Source: Owenia fusiformis (lineage: Eukaryota). Taken from it: a stretch of DNA of 64,000 bases. The DNA lies in NCBI GenBank assembly GCA_903813345.2, contig CAIIXF020000001.1, positions 42,098,001 to 42,162,000 of the forward strand, read 5' to 3'. Below the pieces are notes generated by a model that was not told where the DNA came from, made no database searches, and saw only the letters and a list, made by a program, of their open reading frames with translations. Made by a program: the position numbers and the translations under genes. Below are positions 47,653 through 60,500 of the stretch, one piece after another. Each line of letters starts with the position of its first letter. The first letter of the stretch is position 1.

Positions 47653-50600
47653 AGGGACTTCATCTCCTGCAACTTTATGCATTCAGGGATACGTTTGTTA
47701 GAAAAAGACATGTTCATATACATTTATATCCATGACAATGATTGCTGTAATGGTATACTTGCATACTTCAGAGCTACAATACGCTCAATGGAATACTAGA
47801 TTAATGGAATACAATATTGAAAGTGCACAAATGTTAATTGAATGCATAGGATAATATGAATATAAACTGAGTCAGTCCTGAAAATTATCAACCTGGAATC
47901 ACTCTGTTAAAAAATTATCATTTTATTTAGTTATGAAGTTAATGAAAACACAGAATTTTTACATGATTTGATACAAGGTTATTCAAGCATAAAATTGTAA
48001 GTGTGTAGGTACCAAAATATTTTGTGATGATAGGGTTTTTAAGTGCAAAATTGTAAGTGTACCAGTAACGGAATATTTTGTTTTCTGACACATTTCCCAA
48101 TCTACTTATCTTAGAAGCTTAAATCAGTTGGATACATTTTGTCAACTCCTAAATATGTATGGCTAATATTATGATTTCAACAAGAGCTGATGAGTAAATA
48201 AACTATGTTGATCACTTCAGTTCAATTCAAAGCACTTTAACCTGTTCACATGTAAGCAAATATCAATGCAACTTTGATGCATGTCATCAAAGAATCATGA
48301 ATAATTATAAAAATATTTCAAATTCAAGATACAAAATTAATAATCAAGAAAATGTAATTGAAATCAACTTTTTAAAGTATGTATTCAATTTTGGTAGCAT
48401 GCATATGGATTTTTATCCAGGGGAATTCACTTTGTTAAAACATGGACCATTGTTTAGATATACATATAGCAACAGATCTCAACTTGATATTATATTACTA
48501 TAAAAATGTATTATTTTAAACAAAACTTTTTTTAAGCCACTGCTGTAAAGAAAGCTTTAACTGTATTTGTAAATTAGTTACTAAACTTGTCTCCATGTTA
48601 TTTGAATATATCCCCATATTATTTCAATGTATCCCCATATTATTTGAATGTATCCCCATATACCATACATACTTTGTGCGATATAATTGTATAATTTTGT
48701 AAATTGTAAATAAATGATTGTTTATAAATAATGAATACGTATGTGTTTAGAATCATTTGTTTGCGAGATAACTATAATCACACTTCAGTGTCATATGAAG
48801 ATGTGAAACCATGAAAGGTTTTCAATGAGCAATCACATTGACCTAATTTCTGTATTTGAAGTTTTCCTAAATTAGTTACTAAACTATCAAGTTTTCAATG
48901 TAATCAGGTTCTCTTGTCTGTTTGTAGTTTGGCCTTACAATCTAAATATTTGACAATTTCTAATGTGTGCATACATCTACATTGAATCAGATTTGTTCCC
49001 TAAATGTTGTAATCTTTGTATCCTAACCTAACATGTCAATGGTGAGGTTATGAAACTAAAAACTACCCTTTGGTGTCTGGTTATATTTTGGTTACTGTTC
49101 AATCCGTTGTTATAAAGATGCCCGTAAAGATGGTATTGTTATATTGGGGAACTTTTCTTTTCCAATCCAGATAGCTAATAAGGATTTCATGCAGGTAAAA
49201 TTCTAGATTATTAGGGAAGAAAAAATGACCAAATTGTGTACAAAGTATGTACGTCTGTCCAGTCAATAGCTTAGATACTCTAATTTTCCTCATATTTGAT
49301 GGAAAGAACTTTCATGTTACACTTAAAGAATGGTTGAGATCATATATGTTGAGTTTATAACTTTTTTGCTGGACACACATGGGCCATGTACGTTGAGATC
49401 TCCACCTTTATTGTTTATGAAACGTGTATCCAAATCAAAGTTATTTAAAGCGTTTTTTGTGTCTTAAGTGTTACTTGAATATTTAGCTTGAATATTTTAT
49501 TTCACAACACGTCATGTAACATAAACATTATTGTCTTTTTGAAAGGAGGAAGCATTAGAAATCATGACACCGCCCAGGTACATTCTACAACATGTGAATG
49601 GGTTGAAAATTAAAATCATTATGGACGATTTTAATAAAATTATATTCTCTTTACAGAAGTCCTAATAATTTCCTTTTTTACAATTTGATGATGGCGTCAG
49701 TGATGAGATTAACTCTAGCGGATACTTGGTCTAGCAAGGTATCGAGGCGGAGATTCAGAACTATAATCCGGTGCCAGACTGTCCCGTGGTCTAATCAGGT
49801 CACCCGTGAACTACCGGTGCCAGTATGATCAGATCATCCGCTGCAACCAGGCCCACATACGGTGGCGCGATGTCGACATCTGAATTAGTGCTATTGATAT
49901 TCCCGATCACAATAGGGTCGCTATAGGAGAAGGATGGCATAATCGCAATCAATATGGTTGCGACTGGGGTAATTGGAATACAGCATGTTGTATAACGAAA
50001 CAAATCTTGTGTGATTGAAGTCCATTGATTGATGAGGGCGAACACAACTTGATTGCATTTATCGTCCGCTATATTTTGTTACGCTATACGGCCATTTTGT
50101 TCGCTCTAACTAGCTTATTAACATGGATCGTATAATTGCACTGTCTGATTGTTGTCCACCGTTGTAATCACTACGATCAACAGGTTGTTATTATCATGAA
50201 GAATTATATCCAGACATTTTTTTATTTTTGATTGAATAAGAAATGAAATATTTGATAGCAAAATTACCGACCTCGTTTACATGTGTATTTATATGTTTTG
50301 ATTCAGAAAAGAGATGGCGTTGTTCATCAGCTAATATATAACATAAATCCAATCTCAAATTTCATGTTGAAAATAATCAGTTCCTGAGGCTTTCCAAGGA
50401 GGGTGATAACATTGAAATAAAGAAGATAACTCTAAAAATATACAAATGTAGACCCCCAAGATGTTGAAGATGTCAAAAATGACTTCTTCAACTCTGGTCA
50501 GAGATCAAACAGATACCTTCATAAAGTTGATTAAAATTAAACCATCTTATTTGATTTTTTCTGTTATTCAACATATTCTTCTAAAAATTACTGAAACTGG

Positions 50601-51550
50601 AATTTTATTACACTGTAAAAATATAATTCCATATACCAACATAAATTGAATCTGGCATCGTTGTAACACCCCTACACTTTTCTTAACCCGATCAGTTCAT
50701 ATTGACACTTTCCTTGGCTGATTTTACGAGTAACCCCATTAGGTGACTACATTCATCTAGGAACGACCTGGTGATGATAAGTTGTTTAAATTAGTCAACT
50801 TTACGCAATCAATTTGGCGGATTAATGCAAGATAGCAATCCGCTATTAGGTGACTTACTTGATTAGATAGTGAGTCAAATGATTGCTCTTAAGGATGGAT
50901 GTAAACCAATATATAAACTGTTTGTTTTGCCTTTGCTTGTCCAAATAGATCATAACGCTCCCACGAGAAAGACACTGGGGTCCGTTTTGTCCAGTCAGTG
51001 GAAATTCGTTCGAGATATCAGTAACGCCATCAGTTCGCTGAGGAAATAGACGAACAACCGGACATAAGTTTCGAGTTACTACAAATTGTAAAAAAGTTCA
51101 AGTTTGAGGACTTTTTAATTAAAGCATCTTGAATTAAGGTCTTGAAAACCACTGTTAAAGTTAAAGTGGTTAAAAGAACATCAAGGTTTATTTTAAAATT
51201 GTTATTATGCTATTGAGGCTATTGTAATTGTATTAAATTACACAGTCGGGAGGATATATTTGAATGAGGTAGGAATCCGCGGTGAAGTGTTGGTGGAACT
51301 CTGCGTGCGGTGATAGGATTAGAACGGGACAGGTATCGACTGGGCCAGGAGGCAGGAGCGTACCTCTTGTTCACAGGTGAACCAATAACTTACCTTCGCA
51401 CACAGGTAAAAGAGAGAGATCGTAGCTTGGCACAGGCGGAGCAAGGTCCATACTAAATGGCATGACATCCTTACGGAGTCTAGGAAATATTGATCTAAAA
51501 TCGCGGACAATACGAACTGGGACAAGTACCCGACAAGGATACCTCACATT

Positions 51551-54500
51551 ATGTGGGAAACATCCGTCGCATTGAGGAAATGCTTTATTTCATATGGAAT
51601 TGTATTTTCTATCTTATTTAAAATAACATCAGGGTGTATATTATTGCTCAACGGATGGGAGCCCCTGAGTGTCCAGGATAAGGCTCTCCTTGCAGATATA
51701 GTAGTGACGGGCTCCGTCAGGAATGCTTATAAAAATATACGGACGTCAGCAGATACATATTCTATCGAATTTCAAATAGCCAACGTTTTAAAAGGCAAAA
51801 AAATGTTAGAGACAATCAAAATTGACCCTAAATTACCAAATGTATATAATATAAGTAATTTTGGTGATCGAATAATGTGCTATGCTGATGTAAATCCTGG
51901 AGATAACCATATACTATTTCTAACGACATTTGGAGGTCGTTTGTCTGCTAAATATGATGATATTTTTGGTGCTGCTGGAGCCTACAATTTGCAAAATGAG
52001 GAATACGTATTAGAAACATTAGGTGAGTGATGGTATTGTTTGTTAACAAGATGTTTAACTTATAGGGATGCTAATTCAATTACAGTTGATAGAAAAGCGA
52101 TTTAGATTACACTTCGCACCTATCTTATCATATCCCCCACACAACTGTATTCTTATATTCTTATCCAGAAAATGCATTTTTCTATTTTGGACTACGTGTT
52201 TAAATCTTATACAGAATTATATAAGAACTTTCACAATTCATAATGTGCAATTTTGCGGCAAATAATCGTATTGAGCGCCATAATTAGATTTATTTTCAAT
52301 TCTTTCATTGTAAAATGTGATCATCGATATCATTCCCAGATTCCAGAGAATGTATTGAGATTTGTCATGTTTAGCGCTAAATACGATAAAAACGTTTTAG
52401 ATTCCGACACGTCATTGTAGCCCTTCTAAAGCCTGCGACACGGTCTCAATTCTGAATTTACAAGTGCATTTTGAATTTTGACTTCTATACTGTTGTGAGT
52501 CAAGAGATCGGTGAGTGTAATGTTGGCAGTGGCTACAAACTACCTCCACAGACTAACCTTATCAGTGGATGGGGTATCCCATTTCTATCTTCTAAACCAC
52601 ATAAAGCCTATGCCCATCAACACTTAGAGAAGATGGCCTTAGATTTAAATTATGATAATGACTAGAAAAGTGGTGAATTATGGCACTTACAGCGGGCGAA
52701 ACGATAATATTTGTGTTGTATTATTTTGATTAAAACCAAATGTGGTCAGAGACAGACCTTCGATCATAGACAGAAACTTTCTCATTTGACAATAACAACG
52801 ATAGAAACAAATAAATACAATCCACTTTAAATCTTACAGATGCATTCCATTCGAGTTATATTTTTAAGGAGAGACGGGCAAAGTTACGTACTACGTATGT
52901 ACATTTTTTGAAAAGCTAAAAAATGAATATCACTCGATTACGTCGTATATTGTTCTATTAAGATCCTTTAAAACATCATTCACACCTTCTGAAAGGATAT
53001 GAAATGATGAGTTTATAATTTTTAAAATCACAACGAATATTTTTCAGGGTATTATCAAATCCAGGGTATTATCATTTCCTATGTTTTGTACTTTATCTGG
53101 GTGTATTTATTAATATTCGTTGGTTTTCCTATATTTACTGGACATGTGTTAAATTGGGGCAGTGGTAATGTAAGCATATGGTTGGTAGTATAAAAACTGG
53201 AGTTATGTTGAAGATTTCTGTCTGGTCCACAGTGTAGGGGTTCCCTATTCTAGTACCTAACAATTAGCCAAAACAGAAAGTTTACAGACATTATGTTTCG
53301 ACTTTTATTCATTTAAAGCAGGGGGTCTTTAATTACTTCAACACATTGGGTTTCAAATACAACAGGAAGAAATCAAGTAGATTGCTCGTTTCTCAAATTC
53401 TCACCGTCTATCTTAGCTTACCTTGATGATGTTAAACACACCCATGGAAAGCCAAGTTGATTACACCGTATTAAAGCAAGTTATTCAGATAATGCAAATA
53501 CGTAATTAAAGAACTAAAAGTGTTTGAAAAAGCCCAAGATTTATATATTTATCACTTCATTAAAAATATCAGATTTGAAAGACTTCGTGAAGCATCTTTT
53601 AATGAACAAAAATGTGAAGAATTTTCAGTATAAACATCAACACACGCAGAATTTAGCAGTTGAGGTTACAAAGGAAATACAATTATAAAACCTGAGTAGA
53701 CATTTAAGAACAGTTAGAGATTTAAAGACCATAGAATACATTAAGAAGGTGGATTATGGCCAACTTACAATGTTAAACACATTTAGCCAACAATGCAGAA
53801 AAATGATAATATTTGTAGATGGTTTAGAGCGTTTATCGTCCAGAAGTGTTTTGTGTCTACCAAAATAGGTTTCCATTTGGAGGGTCTTGACTTACATTGT
53901 TCAAGAGTCAATCACTAAGTAATGAAAATCAACCAAAGCAAAGTATTGTGGTTATTTAATATAAAATGTATTTGTCAAAGGATTATCTGAAAATTCTATT
54001 GAATTTTAATGTAGACTCTTTCATGTGAAGGACATCTTATGACTTGGAATAGGGGCACGGCCACTGTATTATTCACAAATTGACGATTGAGTCATATACT
54101 GCTTTTAAAAGTACTCAACAGTTCATGAATAAATTCATAAAATACATTCTTCAATCAAGTTCATTGTTAAGCAGAACCTGGTGCTTTTTGTTTTCATAAA
54201 TACTTACACGAAAACAATTTATTGATTTCAAAATTGAAAATAAATGAATTATTACGAGTGTTTATATTTTAAAAAATTGTGAATCTCTCATGCATCATGG
54301 AATCAACCCACTCTCAACTACTTTTTTTAAACTTTCTTTTTACCATTCTAAATTCCACACCATGTTACATTATACCAAAAAAGTATACTGTCAAAATATT
54401 TTATAGATCGATAAATCAAGATTTTTAGAAAAAGCGGATCAAAATTTATTTTGGAAGCAATTACTAAAAATCTTAATAGATCAATGGTTTCGTTAGTTGA

Positions 54501-57500
54501 TGAGATCTATTTTAAAAGCAAATCAGGTTATCCACTTTTATGAATTCTGTAAAGATTGGGACCATCACTATGGCAATGATTCTTAAATGTTTCGAGTCTG
54601 TGATGAATTAGACACAAAAACTACACAGTTAAACTGTAGATGGTTTGTTTAGCGGTAACTTGTCTATGCTCTTTGAAAATATCCTATCATTTTTCACATA
54701 TGCGTCTGTTTATCTTTTACAATGCTTTCTGTCCAGAATATGCAGGTGGAAGTCTACTAAGGAATTATTCAATTAAAAGTTTAACCAACCAAATAAAAGT
54801 TCACTTTTTGTGTTCCATTGAGCTGACATAAGAAACATAGTGAAAACTCAAATACTGGTTAAAGAAAACACGAATATTATCATCTTTAAAGCACATAACG
54901 CTATTATTGATAATGGGCCTCAACGAATGCCGTCTAATCACAAATGTTTTTACGATGATGATAAGCACAAAACAATAAAATCACGTGTCATGTTTCTAGG
55001 CATCATTGAATCGCCATTATACATGCAATACACATGTTGAAGTTGTTTTTAAATGTTTTTCTCGTTACTGGCCTATTAGAGGTAAATCGTTACAACGAGG
55101 TGGGTCGAGGGGTAGCATTCCCACCAACCGGAGACGATCAGTTTCTCTTTCATGCCATAGATATATCTAAGTGACTATTCAGCTTTCAACGGCTACAGAT
55201 GTGCAACGAGAAATGTAAGCCTTTCTTATGCTACATGACTCTTACCACTAATTAAAAACTATCTGACTTTGTTCAAAACTGAGTTTTCCCAAGTAAGTTC
55301 TGAAACAACTCTGATTTTGGCGCCCTCAAGCTATGTGCAAAACTAACTTTTAATTACTCATTTTCGTTTGTTCAAACTTTTGTTCACCTCCAGGAAAGTC
55401 GATGATGATTTTTCTCAAACTTTTTGAACATTAAAATTAATAATTCTCAATTTTGATTCGATATATCCAAAGCTGACTTTTCTGACTATGTCTAAAGCCT
55501 GATTTTTTGGCTATGTTCATCCTTTGCGCAGATGTCTGATAGTAGCACCTCATATGTCTCAGCTGATGGGCCTAGATTCTGTGAAAAATAGAAAAATTAA
55601 CACTACATATTTTTAGAGTCTCTGAGCAGGAAAAAAAGAATAGATCTTATCTGGATGCTTTATATGAAAAACGGAGACCTTTAGGCCTCGTTATGTGAAA
55701 CCAAATAGTGTAGTTCTTTAATATAATGTGTTTCTTTAGGGCTTGGGGCTTGCGAAGTGTCGGAGTGGGAGTTTTATGTATTGTTGTGGTTCTAGGAAGG
55801 CGTCTGAACAGCGGGTGGTTGCTAATTGTTCGTCCCTCTTTTGGTACTCTTTTCACCGTACTCGAGAGCAAAGATCTTTATCTTGATATTTATCTTAATA
55901 AAAACTGTTTAAATGTATTCTGTTAAATGATAACGATAATGAATATGACAAAGAAATAGCCATGAAGTCTCCGGCTAACACTATGAGTCAAGTATGTGAA
56001 TGATCACCCCTATTGCTTGGTAAACTAACTAGCATTCTATTTGACATTGAACATTTGAGAGAAACTTTGATTTCTAAATATTATCCAAACCTTAGCTCTG
56101 AAAACACAATTTTTTATATGTTCATAATTTTACAATTAAATATTCTTAATGTGATAGACAACTTAAATATACATATTCAATAAGTCTTTGATTGTTTTGA
56201 ATTTTCCCGTATTTTGGAATTCAACAAGGCCAAAGCTGTTGCTTAGGTATTTACTTCTACTGGGGGTATGTTAAGATGAGTATGTCGAAGATCATGGAAA
56301 ATGACAAATTGACCCACATCAAATTACTAGATAAGTATTTATCTAGTGCTTGATGCTATGTGAATCTCAGGCCACCCCTCCCAAGTATAGCCCCGAGATA
56401 GAATTTCTGGTATTTGAGTAAATGTAAAAAGTTAAAATGGATTGTTTGTTTCCATTCTGAAGGACTTGTATCATCTCTGTCATATGTATCAAATCATCAG
56501 ATTCTGTATTAACCACTGTCAGCTTCACGAATGGAAAGTTTAAATTGTAATTTTAAAATGAATGAAGTCGGGTTCTAAGGTCAAAGACGGTACAGCTTTT
56601 GAAATTAATTAACATTTAATTAAGGTTTTCTTTTTCTTACATCACCTTCCGTTTTGAACATGAATCACAATTTACAATAAATTCGTTTCCTTGGAGTGAA
56701 TCAGAGACCAACTGCGATCTTGACGTAACGGGACTGACTTTGAGTGGCCGTGACTGCATTAGTAAATGAAGGGCTTACAATAGACCTAAAAGTAATGTGA
56801 TCCCAACCCGTCGGCCTTATTGTATAACTCCTAATCATATGTGTTAGTCTATTTACCCAATTTGACAACTTTTAAACTTGTCCAAGGGGTTATGTTCTGT
56901 ATGCCGATAACAGTCGTGTTCTAATGGGAAATTAAATTGAGCATTGTACACGCAAAACACGTAAGCTGTTATAAAGTTACTGGGAGAACATTTACATCTA
57001 ATTCGGTTCCGGATATTTGTTACTTGTTATTTTAAGAATAAACAGACCCTATTGATATAATCAGTTTATCTCATTATATTTCTGCTGATTCAATCGGCCT
57101 TACCTCAGGAACAGTTGCTGCTAATGTTCACTACTATTATAGAATTAAATTACGGGAATGGAAGGGGCCTTTTACAATGGGAGTCGATAATTTATGCATT
57201 TTAGGTGGTCCTTGCCTGGAAGCAATGATACTATATACCTTAAAATGAACTCGATACGTCTGGTTTTACTGTATAATTATGCAATTATATATCAATGTTG
57301 AGTTTAAAGTATTTCAATTGTAGATTTGTTGTATGTATTACTTCGGATTTATCACACTAGACTGCTATAAAACAGCAAGGCCCGCTGTTGAATAATAGTT
57401 TCTAAGCACGCGTACACCCCTTTTATTAAATTAAGATAATAAACACATTTTTGCCAACACTATCCATACCAGCATTTTTTGTTTGTATTAAGTTGCTCTG

Positions 57501-60500
57501 AATTAAAATCTTTTTTCCAATTCTTTATTCTTGTCTAACAACATCATCATCAGGTCCCGGTTACATCCTTCTTAATACGAAACGAAATCATACTTCTTTA
57601 ATCCGATATCTCGATGGTGTTTATATTTGTTTGTGTTTATGTTTTTAAGTGTGAACCTTGCACTTCCTAACTAAGAGCGAAAGTTAGTAATTTATAGTAA
57701 ATTAGGGAAATAAAAAATATTTTTAGAATGATTGTTACTGTCCGGCAGCTAGTTTTCATTATTGTTTTTTTCGGTTGATGTAGTAAATATGTTTGTGTTT
57801 TTAATGTTCCCCGTTGTGTTTTCTAATTATGGAAATTCACGTTTCTGTCAAAAATTTTGGCAACCACAATTCTCACATTGGACCACATAACAAATTAACA
57901 AGCAATTAATGGGGCCAGAATTGCCAACATTTTAGAGGGGGTGTACCCCTTTAATACCATATTTAATTTTTGATAAATCAACTGATATCAATTAAATCCT
58001 AATTACCATAAATTAACTTCATTTCACTATTGAATGTTACAGGATGGAAAGGCTGGTCCTCCTGGAGCAGATGCAGTACTACGTGCCACAAGGGATACCA
58101 GACTAGAAAGCGAAAGTGCATGAGGGAGAAACCGTGTGAGGGACAGGGTTCTGAGTCAAGGGAATGCAATGGATTCCCGTGTAAAGGTAAACTATCTGAT
58201 GATAGATCTCAAACCACTTAAGTTACGCAAAATAGTTTTAAATTAGCTTACACTAGATACAGTTAGTGGGATACAATCGTCAAAACAAAAAAGATTGTTG
58301 ATTTTCAGAAAGTGTCAAAATTCATATCATAAGGTAGTTTATCAAGCTGTCGAATCTTTGTTGATTCTTGATTTACAAACCTGTTAGAGTCCTGGGACAA
58401 ATCAAAAATATATTTTTAGTCCGCGCAACAAACCCATAAAACAATTTTCTATCAAAATCTCCACATTTTCTTTTGTATGGCGATGAATGTCTAGGGCTAT
58501 TTGGTGTACAGATATCAGAACATCGGTAATCAAAAGCTAGAAAATAGCATTTTTGTCACATTAAATTTCAAGATAAGATCTTTCGATCTGCTTTCACATA
58601 GATAAAATCTTTCTACGGAAGTTAGAAGCCGCAAAACTATGAAAATGAAAAGATCACTTTAAGTTTATAGTGTCACAAGGTGCTCGGGGTGTGAGACGCT
58701 TCTTTGGCTCCAATAGATCGACGAGATAAGATTCAGGAGTAGTGTTGCGATGGTATCATTATCTGTATTATACCCAATACCCTATATGACGGTTTGCGTG
58801 CTTTACGTTTCTGTGAAATGCAAGCCGACGGGAGTATAACCGTTTACTTGAAGGTACCCTTTCATCTCCGAATAGTTACCTACTCATATTACATCGCTAA
58901 CAAAAGCAGTCGAAAACAAAATCATCATAAGATGGAATTCAGTCTGACAAATCTAAATTAACTCACTCATTTAGGCATTTCTTAACTCAAAATTAACATA
59001 AACAGACAGAGAGGAACTTTATTAAATACCTCTCTATAATTAACACTATACACACACTACCATTATGCCAATAACCACAAAATGATACAGAAAAAACGAA
59101 AATGGATATTCTCTGATGGCCTTATGAATTTTTGTGTGGTCCAACGAGTTCATAAAAAACTCTGTAAACGAATTCGTATTGAGTGTGAATTTCATGATGA
59201 TATGTCTTTATATAAATTGTATAATCTTTAATTCCAGGTGCCATCGACCTCCTCTCTGCCCTGTCATTAAGTTCTTTACCCTCGGGAGTGACAGTCCCCG
59301 AGGAAAGACCCTCGGCATACAGACTCGAAGCCAATGCCAAAATCAACCTGCCTACATCAAAACTTTTTCCGGAATTTTTCCCTCCGGATTTTTCTGTGAT
59401 AATTACTGCTAAACCTGAAAAGAACAACGCTGGTTATGTGTTCACTGTAAGTGACTTAATGGGACGGGTGAACATTGGTATAGAAGTAGGAAACAATCCA
59501 ATATTTTATTATTCTGATAAAAACAATATGCCAGCTACGAGGTCGCCAAAATTCTCTGTCAATTTGAGCGACGGACAATGGCATCAATTTGCCTTCAGTG
59601 TTCGTGGACAATCAGTGACATTGTATTTGGATTGTATATTACAAAGGACGAAACAATTGGAACGGAGCAGCATACCAAACATAGGAGTAAAGACAGTAAC
59701 TGGAGTGGGCTCGGCTTTCGGAGACAAAATCAAAAAGCATTTTGTGGTAAGCCAAACGTCAAGTAAAATCAACATACATTTGTCATCGTTTTGTATTGAA
59801 TGATAAATACAGTGAATCAATGTTAGTACAATAACTATTTTAGTTTAGTATATTAAAATAAACCACACTAGACCACAACCGAACCAGAATGTGATTTCAT
59901 AAAATAACATCAACATATTATTAAAAGAACCAAACACGTGAGTCAAGTAATTGTCATGTTACATTCACCGATTTCACTGTGGATTTTACAGGGTGAGATA
60001 GAGCAATTGACCATCATAGGTGACCCGGATGCAGCGAGACTACAGTGTAATAACGAACAGTCAGACAACGTCATCAGGCTAGCCCCTTCCAACAATATTG
60101 ACCCAGTTGATAACGACCGTGTTCCAAATGAGGAGGGTAGGGGTGGAAAGCGACGACGTCGTAATCGAAAGAGAAGTGAGTTTTTGTTGTCTTTCATATT
60201 TTTTCATAAAGTATTCTAAAACTGATTATGAAACTAATTCCCTTTGAACAAAACGGTCTTTATTCTGATTACAACCAGCGTGATGATTATGTATAGGACT
60301 TATATGTGTAGGTAACAGTTCATTGTAAACATTTCTCATTTCAGAATTTCGATGGTCGAGTTGGTCACCGTGTAGTGTGACGTGTGGACGAGGAGAAAAG
60401 AGTAGAACGGCATTCTGCTTAGACAACGCAGTCACCGTTGACGAATGTCTAGGCCCAAAGAGAAAAAAGGTCCAAATTAGACGCTGCAAAATGTCATCTT

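Noticed and set aside
50906..50917. CCAAT/TATATAAA as promoter of the mosaic gene
   Set aside because: Such motifs are frequent in AT-rich DNA and it lies about 640 bp from the ATG with no TSS evidence.
52030..58040. Remaining 60-110 aa ORFs here and across the window
   Set aside because: Composition is typical of random AT-rich non-coding sequence or antisense shadows of real exons; no domains or splice support.
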